Shown one piece after another: positions 63,876 through 64,000 of a stretch of 64,000 nt of DNA; within the stretch, counting starts at the first letter, position 1; every line of letters starts with the position of its first letter. A program made the position numbers and the translations under genes. The notes below the pieces were generated by a model. It was not told the origin of the DNA, searched no databases, and was given only the letters and a program-made list of their open reading frames with translations. This DNA is from Eledone cirrhosa (taxonomy: Eukaryota), in contig OZ024755.1 of NCBI GenBank assembly GCA_964016885.1, positions 26,102,001 through 26,166,000 of the forward strand, written 5' to 3'.

Positions 63876-64000
63876 TGTGATACAATAATGATGTATTTAA
63901 GTCTTTAGCATTTAATTGCGACCATAATTTTCTTGCCAAACCTTTGTTATTTCATCATTTAGTTCCTGAAACATAAATAAACTCAACTCCTGCTGCGAAA

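Overview
AT-rich, repeat-saturated animal genomic DNA; the SINE/RTE repertoire and huge (TA)n tracts suggest an octopus/cephalopod (inference). One host gene is present: a complete 7-exon di-N-acetylchitobiase (CTBS, GH18; 229-17723, + strand, 369 aa). The rest is transposon-derived: RTE and CR1-group LINEs, CRE-like RLE fragments, Helitron remnants, hAT and Tc1/mariner derivatives, a gypsy-like RNase H relic, a Penelope-like GIY-YIG fragment, tRNA-derived SINEs, about 20 kb of TA-based microsatellite and one assembly gap with a probable false duplication. Main finding: short non-TA islands in and beside the TA tracts carry type I hammerhead ribozyme folds from at least six unrelated sequence families. 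One ~240-bp family, present as six alternately oriented copies, has a U3-A8 covariant core; nearly all motifs have a palindromic stem III. All folds were read by eye; none is computationally or experimentally confirmed.
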